56,620 nucleotides of DNA, taken from Acidimicrobiia bacterium (GTDB taxonomy: Bacteria > Actinomycetota > Acidimicrobiia > Acidimicrobiales > SZUA-35). The position numbers and the translations under genes were made by a program. This document shows positions 8,917 to 18,877 of the stretch, one piece after another; positions within the stretch are counted from its first letter, which is position 1; every line of letters starts with the position of its first letter. The stretch covers positions 1-56,620 of the forward strand of contig QIKW01000079.1 of the NCBI GenBank assembly GCA_003231975.1, read 5' to 3'. The notes under the pieces are model-generated. The model saw only the letters and a list, made by a program, of their open reading frames with translations, was not told the origin of the DNA and did no database searches.

Positions 8917-11900
8917 ATGGGTTGGGGCAATCCACCGGTGCCGTGGAAAGAAATAGAGCAAACGCTCTCAGATCATCGTCCGGCTGACAAGCCAATTGGC
9001 GACGGGGGTGACAGCCCGGCATGGTCTTACAAGCGGCCAAAGTATGAAGCTCCGGTACTCACCCGAAACAAAAGCAGGCATCAGTACGCCGAACTTCACT
9101 GTCATTCCAGCTTCAGCTTTCTTGATGGGGCATCGTCGCCGGAAGATCTGGTGGAAGAGGCCGCCAGGCTGGATCTGAAAGCGCTTGCCATCACCGACCA
9201 CGACGGTTTCTACGGCGTTGTCCGGTTCGCCGAGGCTGCGCGCGACGTTGGTATGCCAACCGTGTTTGGCGCCGAACTCACAGTTGACAAGCTCGACATC
9301 TCTCCGGCCCAACCAGATCCAGATGGCTCGCACCTCCTTGTTCTGGCCCGCAACCCCAGCGGCTACGCGGCATTGGCAAGGGTGATAAGCGAGGCCCAGT
9401 TGGCAGGCGAGAAGGGAGCCCCTCGTTTCACGATGAGCAACCTCAATCACTGGCTTCGTCCTGGCGAGGCAGCCAACTGGCTGGTTCTCACCGGTTGCCG
9501 GAAAGGTTCGGTGCCTCGCACCCTGGAGCGAGAAGGGCCTGCTCGGGCCGAACGAGAGTTGCGGTTTTTGGTGGATTGTTTCGGGGCAGACAACGTGGTT
9601 GTTGAGCTCTGGGATCATGGTGCACCACTTGACAGTGCTCGCAACGACGCACTGGTGAATCTGGCAATGCGGGTTGGCGTGCAGGTGATTGCCACAAACA
9701 ACGTGCATTACGCCGCTCCTGCCAACCGGCAGTTGGCAATGGCAATGGCAGCAGTGCGGTCTCGCCGCAGCCTTGATGAGATAGACGGCTGGCTGCCTGC
9801 TGCATCCGGGGCTCACCTTCGTTCTGGAGACGAGCAGAGCAGACGTTTCGCCCGCTACCCCGGCGTGGTGGAAAGGGCAGCTGCTCTTGGCCTGGAATGT
9901 GCATTCGACCTCCGCCTGGTCGCTCCAAACCTCCCACCCTTCCCGTGCCCAAACGGGCCGGACGGCAAACCGCTTACCGAGATTCAGTTCGTCCGCCAAC
10001 TGGTTGAAGAAGAAGGTGCGCTTCGTTACGGCAGGCGCAATGCGGAAACTGTTCCCGGAGCCTGGAAGCAGTTAGACCATGAGCTGGACCTAATCGAACA
10101 GCTTGGATTCCCTGGCTACTTCCTGGTGGTCTGGGACATCGTTCAGTTCTGTCAACGGGCAGACATCTTGTGCCAAGGGCGGGGCTCGGCTGCCAATTCG
10201 GCGGTGTGTTATGTGCTTGGCATCACCAAGGCAGATGCGGTCAGCCTCGGCTTGCTGTTCGAACGCTTTCTCGCCCCCGAACGAGATGGCCCGCCAGACA
10301 TAGACCTAGACATCGAGTCTGACCGGAGAGAAGAGGCAATTCAGTACGTCTATGAACGTCATGGCAGGCGTCACGCGGCCCAAGTGGCAAACGTGATCAC
10401 CTACCGGGCAAAGTCTTCGGTAAGAGACGCGGCAAAAGCTCTTGGTTATGCCCCAGGCCAACAAGACGCCTTTTCAAAAGGGGTTGACCGGTGGAGCGGC
10501 CTAGATACTCCTGACCTGCCAGACGACGTGATTCAACTTGCCACTCAGTTCGAGGGCCTACCTCGCCACCTCGGCATCCATTCCGGCGGGATGGTGATGT
10601 GTGATCGGCCGGTAATCGAAGTGTGCCCGGTTGAGTGGGGGAGGATGGAGAACCGCACGGTTCTGCAATGGGACAAAGATGATTGCGCCGCCGCAGGGTT
10701 GGTCAAGTTCGACCTCCTTGGCCTTGGCATGCTGTCTGCTCTTCACTACAGCGTCGACCTCATCCAAGCCAATCATCCAGAAACGCTTCCGAAGGGATCT
10801 GACGGGTTGCCAACCCTTGATCTGGCCGATCTTAAACAAGAAGATGCTGTGTACGACATGCTCTGCCTTGCCGACTCAATTGGCGTGTTCCAGGTAGAGA
10901 GCAGAGCCCAGATGAGCACTTTGCCTCGGCTCAGGCCGCGCACCTTCTATGACCTCGTTGTTGAAATTGCCCTCATCCGCCCCGGTCCAATTCAGGGAGG
11001 CTCCGTCCACCCGTACATCCGCCGCCGTAACGGCAAGGAAGCGGTTACCTACTTGCATCCACTGCTTGAAAACTCGCTGAAAAAAACCCTTGGCATTCCC
11101 CTGTTCCAAGAGCAGTTGATGCAGATGGCAATAGATGTCTCGGGGTTCACCTCAGCAGAGGCAGACCAGCTTCGTCGAGCCATGGGGTCCAAACGCAGCC
11201 TGGCAAAGATGGAACAGATGAAAGAGCGCTTCTTCACCGGAATGGGCGAGAGGGGAATCACAGAAGAGATTGGTGACCAGATCTGGCACAAGCTGGTTGC
11301 GTTCGCCAACTACGGGTTCCCCGAGAGTCACTCGATCAGCTTTGCCTACCTCGTCTATTCCTCGTCGTGGATCAAACTCCACTACCCGGCTGCTTTTTGT
11401 GCCTCGCTGCTGAACGCCCAACCGATGGGCTTCTATTCGCCGCACTCTCTGGTGCAGGACGCTCGGCGCCACGGCGTGCCAACGTTGCCTCCGTGTGTCA
11501 ATCGCTCAAGAGCGGTTGCCGGGCTCGAACGAACAGCCAATGGCGCAGCCGAACCAAAGATCCTGGTTGCCGGGGCAGACAACATCCGCAAGCAGCGTCG
11601 AGACGTTGGTTGGGCTGTGCGCCTTGGCCTGTCATCGGTCCGCCATCTTGGTTCTGAAGTGGCTGAATCAATTGAGAAGGGCGCTCCGTACACCTCCATT
11701 GAAGACGTCGCCCGCCGTGGCAGTCAAAAGCGGCCGTTGAGTGCAGAGCAGCTGGAGGCAATGGCAACAGCGGGCGCCTTCGACTGTTTCGCCACCTCAG
11801 CTTCAGCCCCATTTGATGCCACCTCTACCGCAACCAACAGCAGCTGGAGGCGGCAGGCACTGTGGACGGCCGGAGCCGTTGTGCACGGGGGCGACAACAA

Positions 11901-12381
11901 GCTGGCAGGCATCGTTACCGGCATGCACTCACCGCAACTTCCCGGCATGAGCGAAAGGGAAGAGGCACTGGCCGATTTGTGGTCAACCGGCGTTGCCGCA
12001 AACGGTCATCCAACCAAGTTTTTGCGAGAGAACCTTGACAAGATTGGGGTGATCCCAGCCAACGAACTGGCTGGTGTTATTGACGGGACACGGGTGCTGG
12101 TTGCTGGTGTGGTTACTCACCGTCAGCGCCCGGCAACCGCCGCCGGGGTCACGTTCATGGGCCTTGAGGACGAAACCGGTTTGATAAACGTTGTTGTTTC
12201 GGTTGGCTGTTGGGCTCGGTATCGCCGCTTTGCCCGCAATGCTCCGGCCCTGCTGGTTAGGGGAAAATGTGAACGGCAGGGCGAAGTTGTGAACATTGTT
12301 GCCGACAAACTTGAGCCGCTTCCGATCGGGCCAGATCAGGGGCACAATCCTGCCGCATCGATGAGCCGAGACTTCCGTTGA
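8917..12381 (+). CDS. dnaE2: Error-prone DNA polymerase DnaE2 (ImuC)
   Basis: PHP domain (ELHCHS.FSFLDG, ITDHDG); GRGSAANS; PDIDLD; KFDLLGL; C-terminal SRDFR DnaE2 signature; actinobacterial MGW.NP N-terminus. Confidence 0.96.
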   Translation: MGWGNPPVPWKEIEQTLSDHRPADKPIGDGGDSPAWSYKRPKYEAPVLTRNKSRHQYAELHCHSSFSFLDGASSPEDLVEEAARLDLKALAITDHDGFYGVVRFAEAARDVGMPTVFGAELTVDKLDISPAQPDPDGSHLLVLARNPSGYAALARVISEAQLAGEKGAPRFTMSNLNHWLRPGEAANWLVLTGCRKGSVPRTLEREGPARAERELRFLVDCFGADNVVVELWDHGAPLDSARNDALVNLAMRVGVQVIATNNVHYAAPANRQLAMAMAAVRSRRSLDEIDGWLPAASGAHLRSGDEQSRRFARYPGVVERAAALGLECAFDLRLVAPNLPPFPCPNGPDGKPLTEIQFVRQLVEEEGALRYGRRNAETVPGAWKQLDHELDLIEQLGFPGYFLVVWDIVQFCQRADILCQGRGSAANSAVCYVLGITKADAVSLGLLFERFLAPERDGPPDIDLDIESDRREEAIQYVYERHGRRHAAQVANVITYRAKSSVRDAAKALGYAPGQQDAFSKGVDRWSGLDTPDLPDDVIQLATQFEGLPRHLGIHSGGMVMCDRPVIEVCPVEWGRMENRTVLQWDKDDCAAAGLVKFDLLGLGMLSALHYSVDLIQANHPETLPKGSDGLPTLDLADLKQEDAVYDMLCLADSIGVFQVESRAQMSTLPRLRPRTFYDLVVEIALIRPGPIQGGSVHPYIRRRNGKEAVTYLHPLLENSLKKTLGIPLFQEQLMQMAIDVSGFTSAEADQLRRAMGSKRSLAKMEQMKERFFTGMGERGITEEIGDQIWHKLVAFANYGFPESHSISFAYLVYSSSWIKLHYPAAFCASLLNAQPMGFYSPHSLVQDARRHGVPTLPPCVNRSRAVAGLERTANGAAEPKILVAGADNIRKQRRDVGWAVRLGLSSVRHLGSEVAESIEKGAPYTSIEDVARRGSQKRPLSAEQLEAMATAGAFDCFATSASAPFDATSTATNSSWRRQALWTAGAVVHGGDNKLAGIVTGMHSPQLPGMSEREEALADLWSTGVAANGHPTKFLRENLDKIGVIPANELAGVIDGTRVLVAGVVTHRQRPATAAGVTFMGLEDETGLINVVVSVGCWARYRRFARNAPALLVRGKCERQGEVVNIVADKLEPLPIGPDQGHNPAASMSRDFR

Positions 12382-12493
12382 TCACTGCCGGATTCGGGAG
12401 CTTCCCCTGAAACGGTAGCCAGCCCATGCCTGCTACCGTCTTCGGGGCCCGTGATGCGGAAATCAACATGGGCAACAACTAGGAGGGATAACT

Positions 12494-13363
12494 ATGACAA
12501 TTTACGCGCCCAGGAAGTGGGTCTGTTTGCTGCTGGCCTTCTCGCTGACAGCCACAGCATGTCTAGACGGGGGTGATGATGAGAACTCGGCCGAGGAAGC
12601 GGTTGGTTCGGGCGAAGAGGCTGATGTCGGCGGGGCTCTTGGCGGTTCGGAAAGCGATGAGGCCGACACAACCACCACAACCGAGGTCACCACCACTACG
12701 ACCGAGGTCACCACCACCACAGCAGCTGTTGCCGATCCGGTTGTGTACTGCGCCCTTTCACACAAGGCCGAGTTGGTGGGAGACGGCTTCTCAGACGACG
12801 ATTTCGGCGATCCCGAAGCTCTTGAATCGTTCCTGACAGAGCTTCTCGGTTTGCTTGACTCAGCTGTGCCGCCAGCCGAGATAGCCGCCGATTTCGGAAC
12901 AACCAGGGACTTGTTCACAGAGCTGAATGACCTGTTGATCGACGTCGACTACAACATGGTTGCGATTGCCGATGCGCCCCTTTTCAGCGACGAGGAGCGC
13001 AGCTCGGCACAGGACCGACTCACCGAGTTCGACAATCAGTTGTGTGGGCCGCCACCGTCGCTGCCCGATGATGTGGCCGCCGATGACGAATCGACGCCAG
13101 ACATAGTTGCCGATGCTGTTGCCACCGGTGACTACGCACTCTTTGAAGCCTTGCTGCAAAGCGAGACCGGCCGAACCGCATTCATCGAGGGCCTTGCCGG
13201 CGACTCTGATCTCACAGACGCTCAAGGCGGCTGCTTCCTCGACAATATGCCGATCGAGTTGCTGGCTGAGATGGCGGTGAACGGCGCCGAGTCACCAGAG
13301 GTGATCAGCGGGTTCCTCGCTGCCCTAGATGCCTGCGACATTCCGCTCTCAGTGTTCGGCTGA
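12494..13363 (+). CDS. Putative lipoprotein with Thr-rich linker, Cys-paired helical family
   Basis: RBS AGGAGG; lipobox LTATAC; TTTTTEV repeats; two Cys-pair domains similar to the 110..814 gene. Confidence 0.8.
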   Translation: MTIYAPRKWVCLLLAFSLTATACLDGGDDENSAEEAVGSGEEADVGGALGGSESDEADTTTTTEVTTTTTEVTTTTAAVADPVVYCALSHKAELVGDGFSDDDFGDPEALESFLTELLGLLDSAVPPAEIAADFGTTRDLFTELNDLLIDVDYNMVAIADAPLFSDEERSSAQDRLTEFDNQLCGPPPSLPDDVAADDESTPDIVADAVATGDYALFEALLQSETGRTAFIEGLAGDSDLTDAQGGCFLDNMPIELLAEMAVNGAESPEVISGFLAALDACDIPLSVFG

Positions 13364-13381
13364 TTCCAAAGAATTTCGACA

Positions 13382-13423
13382 GGCAACCAGTATCGGGCAA
13401 TCCCTCCCCCGATACTGGTTGCC
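13382..13423. terminator. Perfect 16-bp inverted repeat between the two lipoprotein genes (terminator or mRNA-stabilising stem)
   Basis: GGCAACCAGTATCGGG (13382-13397) / CCCGATACTGGTTGCC (13408-13423), 10-nt loop. Confidence 0.55.
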
Positions 13424-14020
13424 GTGCTGTTCCTATCAGTTCTGTTTGGCCGTGGCCGATGCCGTGATCGACTTGGCTTCGTGGTCCTCGTTTTCGCGCT
13501 GCTGGCTACGGCCTGCACGGCTGGGCAGGTGCCTGATGTGGTTGTGGTTGAGGCCACCCCAAGTTCCACCAGCATCACGACCGAGGTTCCCAGCACCGTT
13601 GCTCCGTCAACCCAGCCACCGTCAACCCAGCCACCGTCAACCGAGCTGCCACCAACCGAGCTGCCACCATCATCAGAAACCGCGGCGTCGGCGACGCCCA
13701 CCACAACCGACGCCGGCCAGACGGGAACCAGCTTCAGCCTCGGAGCAACGGCAAGCAGCCTGCTGGCAGCTACAGACCTAGACGACCTGGAACAACTGTT
13801 GGCAAGCGACAGCGGGCGCCAAGACTTCATCGACAATGTCGTCGAAGCACTTCCCGGCCTTTCACAAGACCAGGCTGGGTGCTTTCTCGACAATCTTGAC
13901 CTGGGAATGCTTGCCGCGCTTGACGGCGATCTGGCCAGCCTCTCCTCAGAGCAGATCTCGTCGGTGTTGGCCGTGATGCTGACGTGCGAGATCCCTCTCG
14001 ACGCATTGTCTGGCAGCTGA
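13424..14020 (+). CDS. Putative lipoprotein with Pro/Ser/Thr-rich linker, Cys-paired helical family
   Basis: Lipobox LLATAC; STQPP/TELPP repeats; C-terminal QAGCFLDN...C.IPL shared with the upstream gene. True start may be further downstream. Confidence 0.75.
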   Translation: MLFLSVLFGRGRCRDRLGFVVLVFALLATACTAGQVPDVVVVEATPSSTSITTEVPSTVAPSTQPPSTQPPSTELPPTELPPSSETAASATPTTTDAGQTGTSFSLGATASSLLAATDLDDLEQLLASDSGRQDFIDNVVEALPGLSQDQAGCFLDNLDLGMLAALDGDLASLSSEQISSVLAVMLTCEIPLDALSGS

Positions 14021-14044
14021 GGCGAGATCGGCTGAGAAGGGGCC

Positions 14045-15907
14045 TCAGCCCGCTTCTGTAGCCAATCGTTCGGCTTTCAGTTCTTTTTGGCGACGGGCCC
14101 TGGCGTGAGGGTCCAGTTCGGCTTTGCGGAGCCGCGTGTGACTTGGAGTGACCTCAACGAATTCGTCGTCAGCAATGAACTCAAGAGACTGTTCGAGGCT
14201 CAGCACCTTCGGCGGGGTCAACTTCACGGTTGCGTCGGATGCCGCGGCCCGATGGTTGGTGAGTTGTTTCTCCTTGCAGACGTTTACTTCCATGTCTTCG
14301 GAGCGACTGTTTTCGCCAACGATCATTCCGTTGTAGACCGCAGTTGTTGGGGAAACCATCATTTGCGCCCGTTCCTGGAGGCTGATCAGGGCGTAAGCGG
14401 TGGCGGGCCCCTGTCTGTCTGCAATCAAAGATCCTGAGCGGCGGGTGCGAAGCTCTCCGAACCACGGTTCGAAGTCCTCAAAGGTGTGATTCAAAACGCC
14501 GGTTCCACGAGTCTCGGTGAGGAACTCGGTTCGGAATCCAATCAGACCCCGGGACGGGACCAAGTAGTCCAGCCGAACCCACCCCGTTCCGTGGTTCACC
14601 ATGTTTTTCATTCGTCCCTTTCGGGCTGCCAGCAGTTGGGTGACGGCTCCGAGGTGGTCTTCTGGAACGTCGATTGTCACCAACTCAACTGGTTCATGGA
14701 TCTGCCCGTCGATCTCCTTGGTTACGACCTGGGGCTTGCCAACGGTCAGCTCGAAGCCTTCGCGCCGCATTTGCTCAACCAGAACAGCAAGTTGAAGTTC
14801 ACCGCGAGCCTGAACCTCCCATGTGTCGGGCCGCTCGGTTGGCAGAACTCGCAGGCTCATGTTGCCGACCAGTTCCCGGTCAAGCCTGTCTTTCACCATC
14901 CGTGCGGTCAGCTTGGTGCCGTCCTTACCCGCCAACGGCGAGCTGTTCGTGCCAACCGTCATTGACAACGCAGGCTCGTCGACCGCTATTACCGGCATCG
15001 GCCGCGGGTCGTCTGGATCTACGAGGGTCTCGCCGATCAAGATGTCTTCTATTCCCGCCACCGCGGCCAGATCTCCGGGCCCGGCCGACTCAGACGGAAC
15101 ACGCTCGAGGTGTCTGGTGAGGTAGAGCTCTGTGATCTTGACGTTCTTGACAGTGCCGTCGACACGACTGAGGGCCAGATTCTGTCCCTTCGTGAACGTG
15201 CCGTTCATGATTCGACACATTGCCAGTCGCCCGACATACGGAGAAGAGTCGAGGTTTGTGACCCAGGCCTGAAGCGGGTGGCCGACTTCATAGGTTGGGG
15301 CCGGAATGTGTTCAATAAGAGCCTCGAACAATGGCTCGAGGCTGGTGCCAGCAACGGACGGATCGTTGGAGGCCCACCCATCGCGGGCAACGCAGTAGAG
15401 GATAGGGAAGTCAATCTGGTCGTCCCGGGCGTCGATGTCCATGAACAGTTCATAGACGTCGTCGACCACCGCTTCGATTCTGGCATCATGGCGGTCAACC
15501 TTGTTTATGACAAGGATCACGGGAAGATCCCTGGCCAGGGCCTTGCGCAGGACAAAGCGAGTTTGGGGCAGTGGGCCCTCAGCGGCGTCAACCAAAAGAA
15601 CAACACCGTCGACCATCGTGAGAGCCCGTTCAACCTCGCCGCCAAAGTCAGCGTGGCCCGGCGTGTCAACCACATTCACGGTGGTTCCGTTCCATGTGAC
15701 TGAGGTGTTCTTGGCCAGGATCGTTATGCCCTTCTCGCGTTCGAGGTCGCCGGAGTCCATCACTCGTTCGGCCACATTCTCATTGGCCCTGAAAGCGCCA
15801 GTCTGGCGAAGCATGGCATCCACCAGAGTGGTCTTGCCATGGTCCACATGGGCAACGATTGCCACGTTACGGATGTCGGAGCGCTCGGCCCGGGCGGTGT
15901 CAGTCAC
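14045..15907 (-). CDS. typA: Translational GTPase TypA/BipA
   Basis: IRNVAIVAHVDHGKTT, EKGITILAKNT, DTPGHADFGGEVER, NKVD, RGELQL...RREGFE, RGLIGFR. Confidence 0.97.
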   Translation of the reverse strand: MTDTARAERSDIRNVAIVAHVDHGKTTLVDAMLRQTGAFRANENVAERVMDSGDLEREKGITILAKNTSVTWNGTTVNVVDTPGHADFGGEVERALTMVDGVVLLVDAAEGPLPQTRFVLRKALARDLPVILVINKVDRHDARIEAVVDDVYELFMDIDARDDQIDFPILYCVARDGWASNDPSVAGTSLEPLFEALIEHIPAPTYEVGHPLQAWVTNLDSSPYVGRLAMCRIMNGTFTKGQNLALSRVDGTVKNVKITELYLTRHLERVPSESAGPGDLAAVAGIEDILIGETLVDPDDPRPMPVIAVDEPALSMTVGTNSSPLAGKDGTKLTARMVKDRLDRELVGNMSLRVLPTERPDTWEVQARGELQLAVLVEQMRREGFELTVGKPQVVTKEIDGQIHEPVELVTIDVPEDHLGAVTQLLAARKGRMKNMVNHGTGWVRLDYLVPSRGLIGFRTEFLTETRGTGVLNHTFEDFEPWFGELRTRRSGSLIADRQGPATAYALISLQERAQMMVSPTTAVYNGMIVGENSRSEDMEVNVCKEKQLTNHRAAASDATVKLTPPKVLSLEQSLEFIADDEFVEVTPSHTRLRKAELDPHARARRQKELKAERLATEAG

Positions 15908-15962
15908 CCCAAAAGGCTAGGGCCTCGCGACCGAAGTGCGGCTTCTTCGCATCAAGGTTCAC

Positions 15963-16811
15963 TTACTGTCGAACCCAGCCGGACTCCACATCCTGTGCCG
16001 CCCCTTCATAGCCATCGTCTCCCGGCAGAACCGCTCGGTAGGTCGCCTCTGGATCGAGCACCCTAACTTGGCTGTACGGGCGGCGCTCTGCTGTCGCGCT
16101 CAAGACATCGGCCCCGGATCCATGCCGCCCAAGCCACTCGATCATGAGAACCGTTGGTGAGATCATTTCGAACTGGCCGGCTGCTCGGCGAGCCAGCGCG
16201 TCGTGAGGTGTGACCCAAACCGACGCCACGATTTCGCCGCCGTCGACCTGGGCCACTTGACCGTGGGGCGCAGCGGCCACAAAGAATCGGGCGTCGAATC
16301 GGCGGGGCGACCCAACTGGAGTGATGAACCGGGCAACTTCGTGGATCCCGGCAGCATTCACCTGAATCTGGTGGTCAGCCAGGGTCTCTGAGAACGTGGT
16401 CCTGCCGCCAGCGATCTGGTCTCGCACGGCCGCCAGCTTGGGGGAGATCAGGTCTGCTGTCAGCAGAATTCCTGCTTCCTCAAAGGTCTCTCGACACGCA
16501 GCAAGCCACCAGGCCAGGCCACCTCTTGGCACGTCGAGGATTGCCGATGCCTCATGATCTGTTAGCCCGGCGCACAATTGGCCAAGGTCGCCCCGGTGAT
16601 CCTCGGGGTCAACGCGGCCGCCCGGGAAGACCCAGGCGGCTGGAGCGAAGGCAAGGCGGGCGGCTCGTTGGAGCATCAACACGTGCAGCTCCAACGGTCC
16701 ACCAGGGCCCGGGAGATCGGCGATCACCATCACGGTTGCCGCATGTTGTACTGGAACTGATTCGGCGTCGAAGTCCGTCTCGTTGCCGGGCGCGCTATTG
16801 GGCGGTGTCAC
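15963..16811 (-). CDS. NUDIX hydrolase (NUDT19-like)
   Basis: AATV; WVFPGGRVD; AACRETFEEAGILL Nudix box; TP....RRFDARFF. Confidence 0.88.
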   Translation of the reverse strand: MTPPNSAPGNETDFDAESVPVQHAATVMVIADLPGPGGPLELHVLMLQRAARLAFAPAAWVFPGGRVDPEDHRGDLGQLCAGLTDHEASAILDVPRGGLAWWLAACRETFEEAGILLTADLISPKLAAVRDQIAGGRTTFSETLADHQIQVNAAGIHEVARFITPVGSPRRFDARFFVAAAPHGQVAQVDGGEIVASVWVTPHDALARRAAGQFEMISPTVLMIEWLGRHGSGADVLSATAERRPYSQVRVLDPEATYRAVLPGDDGYEGAAQDVESGWVRQ

Positions 16812-16866
16812 TGGGTAGCGACGTTACCGGCCCGACTTCGCCATTGCCAAACGCACACTCTGGGTA

Positions 16867-17286
16867 TCAAACTTCCAGCAGACGGTCTGCTTCGGACTCG
16901 TCTTGAAGGTCCCGGGCAGTGACGAAGACAAAACGGTTCTGCAACGTTTCACCAGGATCGAGGTTAAGAGAACCCGGATCGATCGGGCCCGACGAGTTGG
17001 CGACGGTGTCGCCGGACGCTGGATCGTAGAGGCCGAACGGGCCGTAGATAAGGCTGCTGAGAGAACAGAGGAAAGCCGGCTGGCAAGCGTCGGGATAGGT
17101 AGCGCCGTCGCTGATTTTAGCCCCACCGGGCGAGGCGCACCTGAGCCCGAGGGAAATGTTGCTGACATCCAGCAGTCGTTGCTGAGCATCGCTGACGTCG
17201 CCCGACGGGCCCGTGGCCAGAGCCACCCCCGTCAGCATCGCGCCCGCAACGAGGCCAATAGCTGCCAATACTCGAGAAGCTTTCAC
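16867..17286 (-). CDS. Hypothetical secreted protein (possibly truncated)
   Basis: GTG at 17286 after a purine-rich stretch; signal peptide VKASRVLAAIGLVAGAMLTGVALA; no recognisable family. Confidence 0.5.
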   Translation of the reverse strand: MKASRVLAAIGLVAGAMLTGVALATGPSGDVSDAQQRLLDVSNISLGLRCASPGGAKISDGATYPDACQPAFLCSLSSLIYGPFGLYDPASGDTVANSSGPIDPGSLNLDPGETLQNRFVFVTARDLQDESEADRLLEV

Positions 17287-17840
17287 TGTCTTCCGCCGCT
17301 TTCTTGGGGCTTCGTTTCCGAATCCCCATGCCATCCGTTCGTACCCATACGAACTGCGCCATCATTGCCGCTGGATGTACATTGCCACGGAGAGTGAGTA
17401 TAGAGCCACTGAAAATTGTCGTTCGGTGAGTTCCATCGCGAAGAGAAACTTCAGGTAAAATCCACCAAGCGCTGGCCAACGGCCGCAAGAGGCGTTACTT
17501 TGTCTGAAGACCCCTTGGAGGGAGTCAACCGGTTTGGCGCCGGCGGTGGCCCAGCCTGGGCGAGTAAGCGGGAATGCGTCGGGAGTGATTCCGGCAAAGA
17601 TGCGGAGGGTAGAACTGTGGCGACAGCCGGTGTGAGCACGACCTTGCTGAGTGACGCGAGCGTGATTTGTCGCACAATTGGGCAAATCTTTTTGCCCAGT
17701 CGTACGGCTTACGGGGGATTGGGCGAATCGGTGCCCTTAGCTGTTGGGAACGGGTATCTTCTGAGATTTTCATATATTTCCATCAATAGTGCTCAAGGTT
17801 CGTCCGAGGCAGGCCGATAGACTATGAAACTGGGTATTGG

Positions 17841-18716
17841 TTGCGAACATTGGGCGATGTGCTCGCAGAAGGCGGAGGGAAACAAGTGTCTTCAATAGAA
17901 ATTGCTGGCATGGCTTCGTCGCGAAACGACCCGCCTGCCGTCAGAGTCACCTTTGTTGGCTCCAAGGGGCGGCGCTCGGCCGCGGGCCCTCAGCTGCTTG
18001 AGGAGCTGGAGGGAGAGCTACGCATAGACCATTCAGTCGAGCCCGCGGAACTCCGTTTCCGGGGTGTTGTTGAGGCACTTGATCCAGAGCCTCAGTCTCT
18101 TCCACGGCGGCTGGCGGTCCGGGTTTTTGATCTGTTGTTCGCCATACCCGCAGCATTGTTTCTCTTGCCTGTCATGTTGTTGGTTGCAGCGGCTGTTGCT
18201 TTCAGTTCATCAGGCCCATTGATCTATCGATCGAGGCGAATCACGAGAGACGGCCGCTACTTCGACATGTTTAAGTTTCGGTCCATGGTGCAAAACGGCG
18301 ATGAAGTCCTTGATGAGTACTACGCGCTGAATCCTCGGGCCAAGGAGCTTTACAAGCAGCACATGAAGTTGCCCGAAGACCCGCGGCTAACCACGGTTGG
18401 TCGGTTCCTCCGCAAGTGGAGCTTGGACGAGCTACCTCAGTTGTTCAACGTAATCCGTGGCCAGATGAGCATTGTGGGCCCCCGTCCGCTGCTTGAAGAG
18501 GAATTCCTTCGTTTCGGCGAAGCTGTCAGAACGGTCCTGCGGGTCAAGTCCGGGATGACCGGCCTCTGGCAGGTTGGCGGACGAAATCTCCTAACCTTCG
18601 AAGAACGAGTTCCGCTTGACGTGCGGTACGCAAGGACTCGTTCGCTGAGGGGTGATTTGAAGATCATTCTCAGAACCATCGCTTCCTTTTTCAGAGGAAA
18701 CCCCGGTGCATTCTGA
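17841..18716 (+). CDS. Priming sugar transferase (bacterial sugar transferase/polyprenyl-phosphate hexose-1-P transferase)
   Basis: R.FDL TM segment; FKFRSM; DPRLT.VGRFLRKWSLDELPQLFNV..G.MSIVGPRP; GMTGLWQV. Start uncertain. Confidence 0.9.
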   Translation: MRTLGDVLAEGGGKQVSSIEIAGMASSRNDPPAVRVTFVGSKGRRSAAGPQLLEELEGELRIDHSVEPAELRFRGVVEALDPEPQSLPRRLAVRVFDLLFAIPAALFLLPVMLLVAAAVAFSSSGPLIYRSRRITRDGRYFDMFKFRSMVQNGDEVLDEYYALNPRAKELYKQHMKLPEDPRLTTVGRFLRKWSLDELPQLFNVIRGQMSIVGPRPLLEEEFLRFGEAVRTVLRVKSGMTGLWQVGGRNLLTFEERVPLDVRYARTRSLRGDLKIILRTIASFFRGNPGAF

Positions 18717-18877
18717 GTCAATTGGCTGAATGGGTCAGCCAGCAGTTGGGTATTGGAGCGCAAACTAGGAGGAAACGGCGGTACCGGGGCAGGTCGGGAA
18801 CGACTGGGTAATTGTCCCCGGGGCACTAGGGGGACATCCCCCATCAAAAAGTAAACAATCAAAGACAAGATGTACTC

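Noticed and set aside
8968-9999. Long antisense or alternate-frame ORFs (e.g. 8968-9999, 27108-28052, 55084-56082, 389-1171)
   Set aside because: They are shadows of well-supported genes in GC-rich DNA and carry no motifs.
12665-13670. Short tandem repeats in the lipoprotein genes as contingency or phase-variation loci
   Set aside because: They are in-frame units encoding Thr/Pro-rich linkers and have no frameshifting potential.
16798-16869. Possible second Sec read-through at the TGA ending the 16867 ORF
   Set aside because: The extension (YPECAFG...) has no recognised redox motif, I saw no SECIS-like hairpin, and it would run into the NUDIX gene start.
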